Assembly (NCBI RefSeq): GCF_038025025.1 | Contig: NW_027117345.1 | Span: forward strand, 992,001 to 1,056,000 | Direction of reading: 5' to 3' | Source: Phyllosticta citribraziliensis | Taxonomy: Eukaryota | Length of the DNA stretch: 64,000 nucleotides | Shown: positions 35,035 to 46,954 of the stretch, piece after piece | Layout of the letters: each line of letters opens with the position of its first letter | Position numbering within the stretch: position 1 is the stretch's first letter | Made by a program: the position numbers and the translations under genes | Notes under the pieces: generated by a model | What the model was told of the DNA's origin: nothing | Seen by the model: only the letters and a program-made list of their open reading frames with translations | Databases searched by the model: none

Positions 35035-37515
35035 ATGGCAGACCGTGAACTCGACCCTTCAGACCGCCCGGCCAAGCGCCAACGGGTCGACGGCGAAGTC
35101 AGCATGCCCGACGCCGATGCGACGACGAACCCCGGCGCCCAGTGCCTGTCGCAGACGCTCGAGCTCGTCGCCGACGGCGGCGCGCGCAAGGACCTCGAGG
35201 ACCAGCTGGCCAAGGAGATTCGCGTCAGTATGGACCAATTCACGAGCCCGGAGGCGAGCGGTTTTGTTGGCGTCTTCAAGCAGCGCTACCACGACTTCAT
35301 GGTCAATGAGACTGCGCTCGATGGCACCGTGTGGCATTTGGAGGAGGACGCGGGCTTTAATGCCGCCGAGAAGAAGACTCAGGCTGAGACTAAGACCGAT
35401 GTTAAGGCTGCGGTGGAGGAGAAGGAGTCGCAGGTCAAGGAGGAGGTCAAAGAGGAGGCCAAACCCGCTGAGGAGCCTGCACCTAAGCCTAAGGATGAGT
35501 CCAAGGCCATTGTGGCCGCAGAGGTTAGTATTACACTTGAGTGGAAATCTAGGCCTTGCTAATCTAAGTAGATTGCGGAACCCGAGGTCAATCGCCTCAA
35601 AGCCATATTCGGCGACGACGTTACAGACGCCATCATCGCCCTCGACCGAGAAGTCGTCCACAAGCCCAATCGCAAAGCCAAGGACTTTGGCACCGTATCC
35701 TCCAAATCAATCGACAGAGCGGATCGCAGCGCAGCCCACCAGGCCGTTCGTGAGATATTTCAACACCGCCTGGCCACCGAGACCGAAGAGGGCGGAATAA
35801 TCAAGATCGTCGCCGGAAATCCCAAGGTAAGGCGCGGAAATGCACCGCCGCCGGATTCCAAGGGCTCGAGCGTGGGCAGGAGGAACAACAACAAGCAGAA
35901 CCCGGCGTTCAAGGTCAATTGGAACGAGGTCGGCGGCGAACAACTGCATTTCACGCTGTACAAGGAGAACAAGGACACGATGGAAATCATCAGCTTCCTC
36001 TGCAAGGCCCTGCGCGTGGATGACCGGAAGTTTGGCTATGCTGGGACCAAGGACCGTCGCGCCGTCACTGTTCAGCGCATTAGCGCCACCAGGATATCGG
36101 CGCCGCAAATGGCGGAACTGGCGTCCCGTCTGTTCAACTGCCGCATTGGAAACTTTGAGTACAAACCGAAAGCTTTGTCTCTTGGTGACCTCGCAGGCAA
36201 CGAGTTTACCATCACTCTCCGCGACTGCCACTTCCCTGGTGAGGAGGGCAAATCGATCGAGGAGCGCGTCCAGGATGCTCGGAGTCGGCTTCAAAAGGCG
36301 GTCGAGCACTTTGAAAGCCATGGATTCATCAACTACTTTGGTCTTCAACGTTTTGGAACTTACGCTGTCTCCACGGACACGATTGGAAAGCACATGCTCA
36401 AGGGCGACATGGAGACTGCTGTCGACCTCATTATGACATACAGCCAGGAACAACTCGAAGCCTACGACAAGCAGGGAGATTCGCTCATCTCGGACGACGA
36501 TAAGAAGAGAGCCAAGGCTTTGCACATCTGGAAGACGGAAGGGAATGCGACCCGTGCCTTGGATGTTCTCCCATCGCGCTTCACGGCTGAGAAGCGCGTC
36601 ATCGCCTGGCTTGGGCAAAAGGACCACAGGACGAAACAGCTCAAGCACCCCAACGATTTCCAAGGTGCCTTGATGCAGCTGCCGCGTAACCTCCGCCTGA
36701 TGTACCCTCACGCGTACCAGTCGTTGGTTTGGAATACGGTGGCCAGCGAACGCATCAAGCGCCACGGTCTGAAGGTCATTCCTGGCGACTTGGTCCTCGT
36801 CCACGAGCACAAGGACAAGGAAGCCAACAACGCGGAGCCAGAAGCTTTGGATGAGTTCGATGCCGACGGCGAGCCCATCATCCGCCCCGAAGGCGACAAC
36901 GCAGCGGCCGACCCATTCGAGCGCGCACGCCCCCTGACGCAGGACGAGGCCAAGTCCGGCCGCTACACCATCTTCGACGTGGTACTCGCGACGCCCGGCT
37001 ACGACGTCGAGTACCCGGCCAACGACATCGGCCGCTTCTACGACGAGTTCATGAAGGACGAGCAGCGCGGCGGCGGCATCAACCCGCACGACATGCGGCG
37101 CAAGTGGCGCGACATCAGCCTGTCGGGCAGCTACCGCAAGCTCCTCGCGCGCGCTCTGTCCGGCGGCGTCGGCTTCGACGTCAAGACGTACCGCGACGGC
37201 AGCGGCAGCGAGCAGCAGCTCGTCCCGACCGACCTGGACCGCTTGATCGAGCAGGGCAAGGGCATCTCGCTCGAGGAGGCCCGCAAGCGCAACTGGGTCG
37301 ATCGCCCCGATAGGAATGCGAAGGACGGCGCGTCTTCCCAGCCAAAGGCTGGCGTCGAGCCGCCCAAGCCAGCGGCCCCTGAGCCCGAGCTGGCGGAGGA
37401 GAAGCTGGCCGTCGTGCTCAACTTCAAGCTTGGCTCCAGCACGTACGCGACGGTGGCGTTGCGCGAGCTGATGAAGGGCGGCGCGCAAGCTTTCAAGCCT
37501 GAATTCAGTCGCTAA
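35035..37515 (+). CDS. PUS7: Multisubstrate pseudouridine synthase 7 (TruD family)
   Basis: Exons 35035-35523 and 35572-37515. Motifs GFVGVFKQRYHDFMVNE, HFTLYKENKDTME, catalytic AGTKDRRAVTVQ, GNEFTITLR, GFINYFGLQRFG, HAYQSLVWN, SSTYATVALRELMK. Confidence 0.96.
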
Positions 37516-38325
37516 GGGTGGATGAGCGTGGCATTTGGTTGTTTGGGAAAAAGCTTGCTTTTGGTGGACGAAGTCCTTTGCACAGGGACATTTCGAGTCT
37601 TTTTGCTCGCGGAAGAACCCACAATATGCGTGCATGATGAGCGGCGTTGGCGTCAGGATGGTCCTGCATTAGAATCTTGGAGTGGAAAAAAAGCTGGAAT
37701 TCATTTGGTTGAGCCCTTCTTCTTCTTGCTGGATTGATTGTTGAACTCTTGACTCTAGGTACTGTAAGGCATGCCGCTCTGCTTTCGGAGAAGCCTTGAC
37801 ACTTTTCATGAGCGACGAGTCGGACTCCATAAGTCGATATCACGTTTGCCTTCACAAGTTTGCCTTGAACGCTTCGCTATATAAATCTCTGCTCCGCTCT
37901 GCCATATCTGCTTGTGTCGAAGAGCTTCTTCGCATGGGGACCGAGGGACCAGAATCATCGAATTCTCTCACTTTTCTGCGCCCTTTGGTTGTTCACAAGC
38001 AAAAGTTTGACTTGCCTTTGTTTCTTGCTCCTTTCCCCCGGGACCATCCATTCCCCCGCTGTCCGGAATCTTTTCAGTGCAGGTGAGCAGAAGGTCGAAA
38101 CCCAGAGCTTGGTCGGCGCCCTCCACTCGCGGCGGGACACCTAGCATCTTCCTTGCATGCATGCAACCTTTCTCCAGTGGTGGTACTTCTCCAATGCTGG
38201 CAAGACAGCGCCTGCCTTCTGTCCACGCATGACGCGAAATAGTACTGGCCTGTCTGCCCTTTCGCTGGCCCTTCCACAGTGAGTGAGTGCCACAAGGAAA
38301 GAGACCTGGCAATATGAGTGCACAT

Positions 38326-38463
38326 AGGGAGCAACCATTTGCTACTACGGTTGCGCTTAAGGAGAATTCGTTTGCTGCTATAGCTGCGCTTAGGGAGCAT
38401 CCATAGACTGCCACGGTCGCGCTCAGGAAGCAGTCGTTCATTGCTGCAGCTAGACCCAGGGAG
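38326..38463. repeat. Degenerate 33-bp minisatellite (4 units plus a partial)
   Basis: Units start at 38326, 38359, 38392, 38425 and 38458. Each begins A(G/A)G(G/A)AG and the first three end GCGCT(T/C). Confidence 0.7.
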
Positions 38464-38854
38464 TCCTGTCTCTTTCGACACAGGCTGCGCTTCGAGCGTC
38501 GACGGTTCCCTCATGGCATCATGCTGCCCATCATCATGAACGCTCCTTGATGTCAGACAACGTGCTCATCATCACGAAAGCTCCATGACGTCGCGCAACA
38601 CCCTCCATCAACGTTTCGACCAGCCCAGATCAGCGCAAGTGCCTTGTGGCCTCTCTCCAAACCGAAAAATCCACAGCCGCCAAAAGTAGTATTGCTTGTA
38701 GTGGCTAGACGGAGAGCAAGTATTCCTATTCGATTCTTCTCCAAATCCAAGGAGCTTGAAGCGTCGGGACTGACTGTCTGTCTACCTTGTCGATGAGAAG
38801 GCTGGCTCAGAGTGACCGCTATATAGTTGTCGAAGAGAGGGACGTGCCTCAAAG

Positions 38855-39190
38855 TTCCGCATGATGGATGTGACTTCGGGGCTGGGACTTTGCTGCGTGA
38901 CTGTCATGAGGCGCCTGCGCACTGTCAGAACTTCCTATGACTCAGACTTCCATGTGATGGATGCGACTTCGGGAATGGGGCTTTGCTGGGTGTCTGGCAC
39001 AAGAAGTCTGTGACTCCAAGTTCCATGTGACGGATGCGACTTCGGGGCTGTACTTTCCTGGATGACTGGCACAAGATGCCAGCGCACTGCCAGAACTTTC
39101 CTGTGACACCCGGTTCCATGTGATGGATGCGAAGTCGGGAACGGGGCTTTGCTGCGTGGCCATCACAAGGTGGCTGCGCACGGCCAGAGA
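38855..39190. repeat. Degenerate tandem array of four units (spacing 93/73/93 bp)
   Basis: Core TTCCATGTGATGGATGCGACTTCGGG (and variants) at 38855, 38948, 39021 and 39114. Units 1 and 3 continue GGGGCTG and units 2 and 4 continue GGGAA(T/C)GGGGCTTTGCTG. Confidence 0.85.
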
Positions 39191-39608
39191 TTCGCTGGCA
39201 CATCCGTATAAATACTGTCGACTTCCCCTCTTCTTTGCGCCGCCATGGGCAGCAGTCTTTTCGCAACAATCGGTTGGAGTTTACAAATCTTCTCTACTGC
39301 TGTCCTTTTGCGCTTTTCCTGGAATCTATTCGCCGACCAAGTCTCCTCTCATTTCTCTTCCTCCCCAGCGTTCAAGTCTATTTTTGGTTCTGTCTCGCCA
39401 CGGAGATGCAGCGTCGACAAGCACTACAGACCCACCATAGAGCCGTCCATCAACATTAAAGAACAGTGATGGCGCTCTTCAGGGCCAATGGTTGCCTGAA
39501 GATAATGCTGTTGCAAACCACAATAGATAAATAGAGATAGAGGAGACGAGATAGGAAAACTTACAGTACCAGTAATACAAAACTACACCGCAACCGACCC
39601 CTCTCAGC

Positions 39609-42600
39609 CTACCCGCCATCCTCACCACCACCGCCATCCTCCTCCTCCTCCCAAGCATTCTCCCTAACCAACCCCGCCCCAAGCCCATCGCTCTCCCTCT
39701 TCTCACCAGCCCTCCCGCCACCATCGCTCAACATGGCATACAGCGCCTGAAAGCGAACGGGCTTGGTCAAAAAGTAATTGACGCCCGAGCTGAGCGCCTC
39801 GACGCGCGTAGCCGCGTTGGCCAGACCCGTCAGCGCGATGACGGTCGCCGGCGCGCAATGGGCGCGCAGCTCGAAGCGGCGGATCTCGCGTGTGGCCGTG
39901 AGACCGTCCATGACTGGCATGGTGAGGTCTAAGGGTTGGTGTGTTGGTGTGAGTTGAGGACGAGGCATGGCAGGGAAAGGGGAGATTGGAGATGGAGAGG
40001 ACGAACCCATGAGAATGTAGTCGAAGCGTCCGTCGTCACGCTTGTATTTCTCGACGGCTTCGAGGCCGTTTGTTGCTTCGGAGTAGGCGAAGCGGTATTT
40101 TTTCATGAACGCGGTGAGGAGCTGGTCACTGTCAGCGCTTGGCGGAATACTTGTTTCTTTGGCAGGGTAGTATCTAACCGAGAGATTGATCCGGTTGTCT
40201 ACAGAGCCAGTCAGTACGTTCCAGGGGCTTGGTTTGCGAAGAAACTCACCGTCTACTAGAAGGATCCGCAAGTCTTTTTCTGTGGGAGGCTGTTGCATGG
40301 CAGAAGAAGACGGTTCCGCATTCATCGACATTTGTGATTTGCTCCTTTGGATGGTTTCGCTGCGCGCCAATTAGTCAATTTGACTGAACGCCTGCGGTTG
40401 AACTCACGACAAACTAGGGGCTGGCTCGGACATTCTCCTGGTCATCTGTCTTGAGATCGAAGGCCTAACCTTGCCGGAGGGTATCTCTTCCAATGGGGAG
40501 TTCGAAGGAGTCGTTGTCAGTGGCATCTTCTGAAGATCCGCGTCCAGCCGATTCAAAGCTTGTGTCAAAGTCTTTGCTAGTTTCCGAGGCCCGCAGCTTC
40601 AACAGGATCAGTAGATTTTTTTTTATGACGGAGACCAAGAAACTCACGGCTGCGTAATCACATCTATCACAATGTCTCCACTCTGAATGCGTGGATCTGC
40701 GCACATCTTGGCCGCTTGGTTGGAGTCGAGTGCGATGAAAATCACTACGAGCCGTTTCTCTTCTCTGCGGAGCCTCTGAAGCGCGCTCAGAAAGTCGACG
40801 TTCAGCTCTAGACAAACAAGTATGTCAGCAGATATAGCATCCCAGACATGAGACGCGACCGCTTCGCTGCAAAACCAGTCTTTGAAGATGCGTTTGATGG
40901 ACACAGCGAGTTCGTGCTGGCCCTTTCTGACTGAGGGTTCAGAGTTGGTGACACCGCCCAAAGACGTGTGTTCGAGTATGCGCACACTTCGATCTTCAAG
41001 CTGGGACTTGAGGGCACTGATCAAGTCGTTTGGCGATCCAGAGGGGCTGGAAGTTTTTTCAGCCGTCGGCACTGAAAGCGTTACCGTGACCTCTGTTCCG
41101 ACATTGACCTCGCTCTTCACCGTGACATGGCCATGCAATGTGTCAAGGATCTGCCGAACAATGCTGAGACCAAGACCAGTACCAGGAGAGAAAGAATCTT
41201 CTTGGGAAAATGGTTGCCAGAGACCGGTGCGGAGGTATTCTGGGGAAATGCCCCTTCCTGTGTCGGTGATCTTGAACGTGACTTTGATGCGATCATTTCC
41301 GGCATGTTCGTCCCCATTGTCGGCTCGCATGGAGACCTTTATGAAGCCTTTCGCTGTATATTTGATGGAATTCCCTAGTAGATTCATGACGACTCTTCTC
41401 CATGCTCCAGGCTCAGTTGTGGCAAACCAGTTTGCACGATAAGGAATGTCGAGGACAATGCGGACGGTATCCTTGGTCGCGTTTGCTTCTTCGCTGGCGG
41501 CGAGGAAATCCTTGGAAAATTTTGCGTGACTCGAATGTGATTGCGACTCTGGTCGTTCCTTTGGAAAGTTGTTAGCTTTAGTCTTCTGTCCAGGCAAAAA
41601 GTCACCCGGAACAAGATGAGCAACCAGGGAATACGCAGGGCTGGATGACTCCCCCGGCCTTACCGCTTCATCATCTTCCAAAATTTGCTGCAGCCTGGCT
41701 GGGAACTGCTTGTGGGCTTGCCCGACGAAAACAGCTTCGACAACTTCCTCCGTCAAGGTGGCCAGGTCGATGTCTGACGTCAGATACTCCATTTCCCCGG
41801 AATCCCTCTGCGACAGGCCATCAGGTCTCTTGTCTCCCTTGCCATCCGACCTTTGACTTCCTTTTAGAGCCCTCCTCTTGAAATTGTTGACCTTTGCAAA
41901 ATCCAACACATGGTCAATGGTGTCAAGTAGGGTGTTACCACACATGGCTACTGAGTCCAAGAGGCTTGCTTGATACGCGTCCACTTTGGTGTCCGACAAG
42001 AAATGCACACTGCCCAGAATACCGTTCAAGGGACATCGGAGTTCGTGAGAAATTGATGCAACGAATGTCGTTTTAGCCTTGTCAGAGGTAATGGCGTCCA
42101 GGCGACTGAGCTCTGTCATAAGGCTGTTCCCAAATGCCTGAAGGAATACTAGGTCGACGTCGGGATAGAAGACTCGATTCGGCTCCGTCGTCCAACAGAT
42201 GGTGCCCGCGTAGAAGCGTTCCCGCGAGTAGTCCCATAACGGAAGCAAGAGAAGACTCCGTGCGCATGGATCAATCTTGAGAAGCTTCTCCACGTATGGG
42301 TCGACTTGCGAGAATCCGTTGGGAAAATCTCGCATCTCCCTTCGCGGCGATTGCTCTCTGCATGGGGAGACTTCACCACTCCTGCCAATGTTGAATATGT
42401 GGCCAAAGGGGTATTTCTTGAGCAGTCTTTTCATGTCCGACTCGGCAAATGGCTCACAAAACACATCAGGGTCATCACCATCCATGCTGGACCCATCGTT
42501 GCATGCGAATCCGAGAATCTCACACATTCTGTACTCTTTGTGCTCTGAATCAGACTGCTCATCGGTGTTTCGAGACTCGGCAGAAGAATGCGACGAGTCG

Positions 42601-43868
42601 TATTCTTCCGAAGAAGGCGAAAAAGAATCCTCGTTCCGTTGGTGACTTTCTGATCTTGACTTGCTGGCGTGGGCTTCGGTCGCTTTTCGCCCGCGAGGCG
42701 TGTTGATGCCGCCACCAAAGCTAACGATGGTGGCATCAAAGATGATGCACCCGTCAATATCTGTACTCTGCTTGATGATATTTGCTGCTCTCGAAAACAT
42801 TTCTTTGGCGCCGGAAGGCAAGATGCTCTCCTGCAGACTCATGCTATTCTTTCTGGAACCCGTGGGAGTGGAGATTTTGGCATGTTCTGACTGTTTCTGA
42901 AATCTTTGTGTTCGAATCAAACCAGATGATTTGGTTTGTTGTTGATTACTCCGCGGCAAGGAGGTCTCGGTTTTATCAGGGGTTGATCGCGTATCTCTAC
43001 CCACCTGAGGCAGTGACAGCTCTTTTCCCCTACCAATTGCCTTTTTCTTAGGCACGAGTGGCGAGTCTCTCAATGAGTTTGCGTCACGTCCAAAAGATTG
43101 AAGAGAAGACTCTCCTATGACAAAAGAGGTCAACCCATCAAGCATTTGGCCATATCTTTTGTGGCCTTCCTTTGCCTTGCTTGTGTCGAGATAGTTCATG
43201 GTCGTCTTTGCAATACCTTGGAGCGTCAGCAACGCTTCGTGGTCCAGCCCATCCCGGGGCTCGTGTCCGAATACACAGTATGCGCCAATAATGCTGCCCC
43301 ATGGGCTGCGTAAAGGCACTCCGGCGTAGAAGCGCACTCCAGGAGACCCGGAAACATAGGATCTGCCCGAGAATCTTTTATCGCGGGCCAGGTCGTTGAT
43401 GACGATTGCAGGCACATCGTCTGCCGGGTGGTTCGTTCCAGAAACCAAGTCCCCCAGACTCAGTACGTGTTCACACACCCCGCTCCGTCTTGGGATTATG
43501 ACGCTTCCAAGCCAGAGGTCATCTTGGGGAGGGCGTTCGTCCTCAGGGATCAAAGAAAGGCTTCTTGTGGCCTCGGCAAGTATGTACTGGTATCCTCCAT
43601 CAATGAGCGATATCATTCCACGATTGACATCCAATCGCAGCGCTCCAAGCTGAGCAAAAGCCGTCAGGGTCGTATCCTTGCATGAGACGGGTGAAAATCC
43701 AACTGGTGGGACAGTGCATCCGGGAGCATCTTCGATAAGTCGCATATCAAGTGCATTGATGGCTGCCTGGTAGAAACTGCGTGGATAATGTCAGAATTCG
43801 CTTCAAATGACGAAAAAGCGGTGTTATCACCTGTAGGCTTCCCGGTCTCGTGGCGTGTCGCAATTCAT
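39609..43868 (-). CDS. Hybrid histidine kinase (GAF - HisKA - HATPase_c - receiver)
   Basis: Exons 43868-43831, 43776-40648, 40596-40408, 40359-40250, 40198-40179, 40121-40007, 39928-39609. GAF (LTAFAQLGALRL, VRFYAGVPL), H-box SISHELRCPLNGILG, N-box NLLGNSIKYT, G1 DTGRGI, G2 GTGLGLSIV, receiver LLVDDNRINL..ILMDLTMPVMDG..LTKPV. Confidence 0.93.
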
Positions 43869-44910
43869 GGCTATAAGAGGGCCAAATTTTGATCGTGCGC
43901 GATCACTGGCGTGGTATTCGACACCTCGGCCGCAGGAAGTGGAGTGCCCTTGCGAGAATGACAGTGGAGAAGATTGCGTTCTAGCTCAACGGCCAAGGGA
44001 GTCAGTACATTACCAAAGATGAGTGGCGACATCCAGCGGTGCAGACGCCATTGTGGACAAATTGTGCCGAAACTTCCGCATGTGTCGATAGATTCAAGAC
44101 GCAACAAATCTTCCGCGAAACTACATTATTTCGCCCTACTGCTAGTGATCGCATCCGAGTTTCTGCGTTCTGAGGCCGCCGTGGAGCGAGTAAAAGTGAG
44201 TCAGAGAGCGCATCCAACAGCCCGTCATGCCTCTCATATGCAGTTCCTAGGTACGATCAGAACGCATCTGTACAGGTGATGGTTAAATGCGGAGCCGGGT
44301 CCGTGAACAGCCAGACAAGGAGTTTGCCCTTTGGGGGCGGTGATTCATACCGAACCAATCTCCTAGCTTGAATAGAAACATGTCTTAGAACGCTCCGCTT
44401 CTGCTCAGACCTTTGATGAGGGAAAACCGTACCCGGGACTCCATTACGTGAAATTTGTCCGAGTCGCCTTTCGTGAGTTGCTGAAGGGAATTTGAGCACT
44501 GAGAGCGCCATGGCAGGCACAAGCCACAATCACCTGGACCCTTGGAGAAGGCCCACGATATCTTTACTCCGCTCAAAACTCTGTTGGCGCATTGGCTCAA
44601 GAATTGAAACTTGTTTGCAGTATTTGCGGCATATGCGAATACGAATTACGATGTTTCCGATGCATAAGTGGTATCGTCTTTGGTGGAAATGGATATTCTG
44701 AAACAGGATTCGCATGATTGCAAACAAGCGATCGCCGGCCGCTGTGAGATTCGGTATTCAAGGAGTCAGTAGAAGATGGGCCCTGCTAGATCAGGATCAG
44801 CAAAATAGTAATGCATACACGAGCAATGGGTGTGTTGTGGATGAGCCTGCAGAAAATCTCGTATTCTCATGTATGCTCTAGATTGGTGGTTACCCATTTG
44901 CCTTGTGCGA

Positions 44911-45937
44911 CTACTGGCCGTCTACTTTGGGAAGCTTGAGACTCTCTCCGTCTTCTGTCTTGATTTTGTCATCAAAGTCTGGCCGCGGGAGCTCAAAAGC
45001 CTCAGTGATGCGGCCGTAAGAGATGCCGCCAAGCCTGGCAACCGGACGCAAGACCTTTGTCTGCATTAGTTTTGGATCACAGACTTGGATTTCAAACTCG
45101 AGAATTGCTTACCGCAGGATCCAACAAATTCTTGTCTTCATTCAAGGCGTCTTCGCGAGCCCAAAACCGCACTCCCTCGACAATGGCCAACACGCCAGTC
45201 TTCTTTCCAGGCGTAGCTCGAGACTCGAATTCCCGCGTTTCTACGAGCTTCGCCTCGACACTGAAAATGGCTTCTTTGACTCTTGATGCCTTGACCACAG
45301 AGCAGGGCGCTGGATGCAAGCCGGTCAGTGCCCACTCAGAGATGCCGTAAGGCGCGTTTATTGAAGTGGCGTTGGCGGCTTCAATGAAGTGCTCAGAAAT
45401 GATGTTTAGAGTGCACTCTTCCGAGTCACGTAAATTTGCAAGTGAGTCCTTGGCACGATCCCAACCGCCGGCAAAGCCCAGGATGAAAAGAGGCGGGTCG
45501 TGGTTAATGAGTTGAAAATAGGAAAAGGGCGCGAGATTGGTGGAAGAGCCTTATCGCCATCAGCATTCAACCAAGACTTGGAGAGTACAAGAGATGCACT
45601 CACCGTCTTTGCTCCTGGTCGAGACAAATCCGATTGGACGTGGGATGATGGCACTGATCAACAGCTTGTAGTTGAAGACGGCCGGCCTTCCATCTTGGTA
45701 CGGATCGATTTCGACGTGGTCCTTTTTCAGGCTCTCTCCCCCATCATTGGGACCCTTGCCGAGCTTCCAGTCTGGTTGCTTGGTCTTGGTGAATTCCAGG
45801 GACGTCTCCTTCCAGTCTGGGCGCGAAGCTTCGACCTTCTTAAAGTCTGGGTGAGGGTTGCGCTTGACGAATTTCTCGCTGTCCATTGCCGATTGCTGGC
45901 CACTGTCGGGGCCAAAGTGGATGCAGTTGTCAGACAT
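44911..45937 (-). CDS. Flavin reductase-like FMN-binding (split-barrel) protein
   Basis: Exons 45937 (or 45886)-45604, 45549-45113, 45054 (or 45060)-44911. Motifs YKLLISAIIPRPIGFVST, NLAPFSYFQ, KDSLAN, VLRPVARLGGISYGR are typical of the DIM6/NTAB flavin reductase-like family. Confidence 0.92.
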
Positions 45938-46954
45938 GTCGTCGGATGTACAAAAGGTGAGATGGAAGAAGGAGGGGTGCTGAATAGCTTAGGCTTTTAA
46001 CGTCGGGCGTGTTGTAGGACCGGATTGGCACTCGGGAAACCGGCTTGGGCGACTCCCGCTCGTGCCCCGTCCCGGCAGTCAAACTCCAAGGAAGAAAGAA
46101 GGATCGGATGTGGCAGACGGCTGATTAATGATTGCTCATATCTCGAGAAGACAGCAGAAGCCGAAAGCCTTGACCGCGACCCCGCCATCAAGAAGGGCAA
46201 GGTCAAGGGCACGTCACCAGGGGAGACGGAACCCTTCCGCACACCATGGATCGCTTACCTGGGTTGATCTGCGGAGGCGGGGTACTGAGAAGGACACATC
46301 CAGGCTTCACAGCGAGAGAACCTACATGTATCGCAGGCTAGCATTGATGAGATACGAGGTCATGATTGTTGCTTTGTTTGAATTGCGCGTCGGATTCTTG
46401 TTGTGAACTGCCGCTTGTAGCCTGTCAATTGCGTCAGAGCCGTATGTATGGTATGCAACGAAGTGCTGCACATGCACAACGAGGCCAAAAAAAGGCGCGG
46501 CAGACGAGGTCGAGATCGAACACCGGCCGTCTGGCAGCACTGGAGAAAAGTGCGAATGACGCGATGCGAGGACATGGAGTGGTCATGTAAAGGCTGCATC
46601 CAGGGGCGCCCGCCAATCGGATCCAGCCGTGGGCTTGGCGCAAGCGCCGCGGCTGGTGGTTGTGGTTGTCGTGGGTCGTCGTCGTGGGTGGTCGCGGACC
46701 TCGTTTGCTTCGTCATTTCGCAACAACCAAGTCCCGTCCGTCGCGCAGCTCCTCTCTCCCCCTTCAACCATTTCACTCCGCCTTGCCCTGCCTTGATCCT
46801 GATCCCGCACGGCCATGGTAGTGCTCCTCGTCGCCTAAGCCTGCCCTCATCTTGCCTCTCCGAGCTCCTCGGTCGCGCCGCATCCTGTGGGAGCTAGTCG
46901 CCTTGCCTGCAAACACCTCCCAGCTTCCGACCCTCGACCCGACATCCATCCAAC

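Noticed and set aside
35707..37635. 642-aa antisense ORF
   Set aside because: Shadow of the GC3-biased PUS7 coding strand, with no domain features.
38855..39190. CRISPR-like repeat-spacer appearance
   Set aside because: Eukaryotic context, degenerate repeats, mutually similar spacers and no cas genes.
37850..39480. Single degraded gene spanning both repeat arrays
   Set aside because: I could not assemble a consistent frame or strand, so only the repeats themselves are reported.
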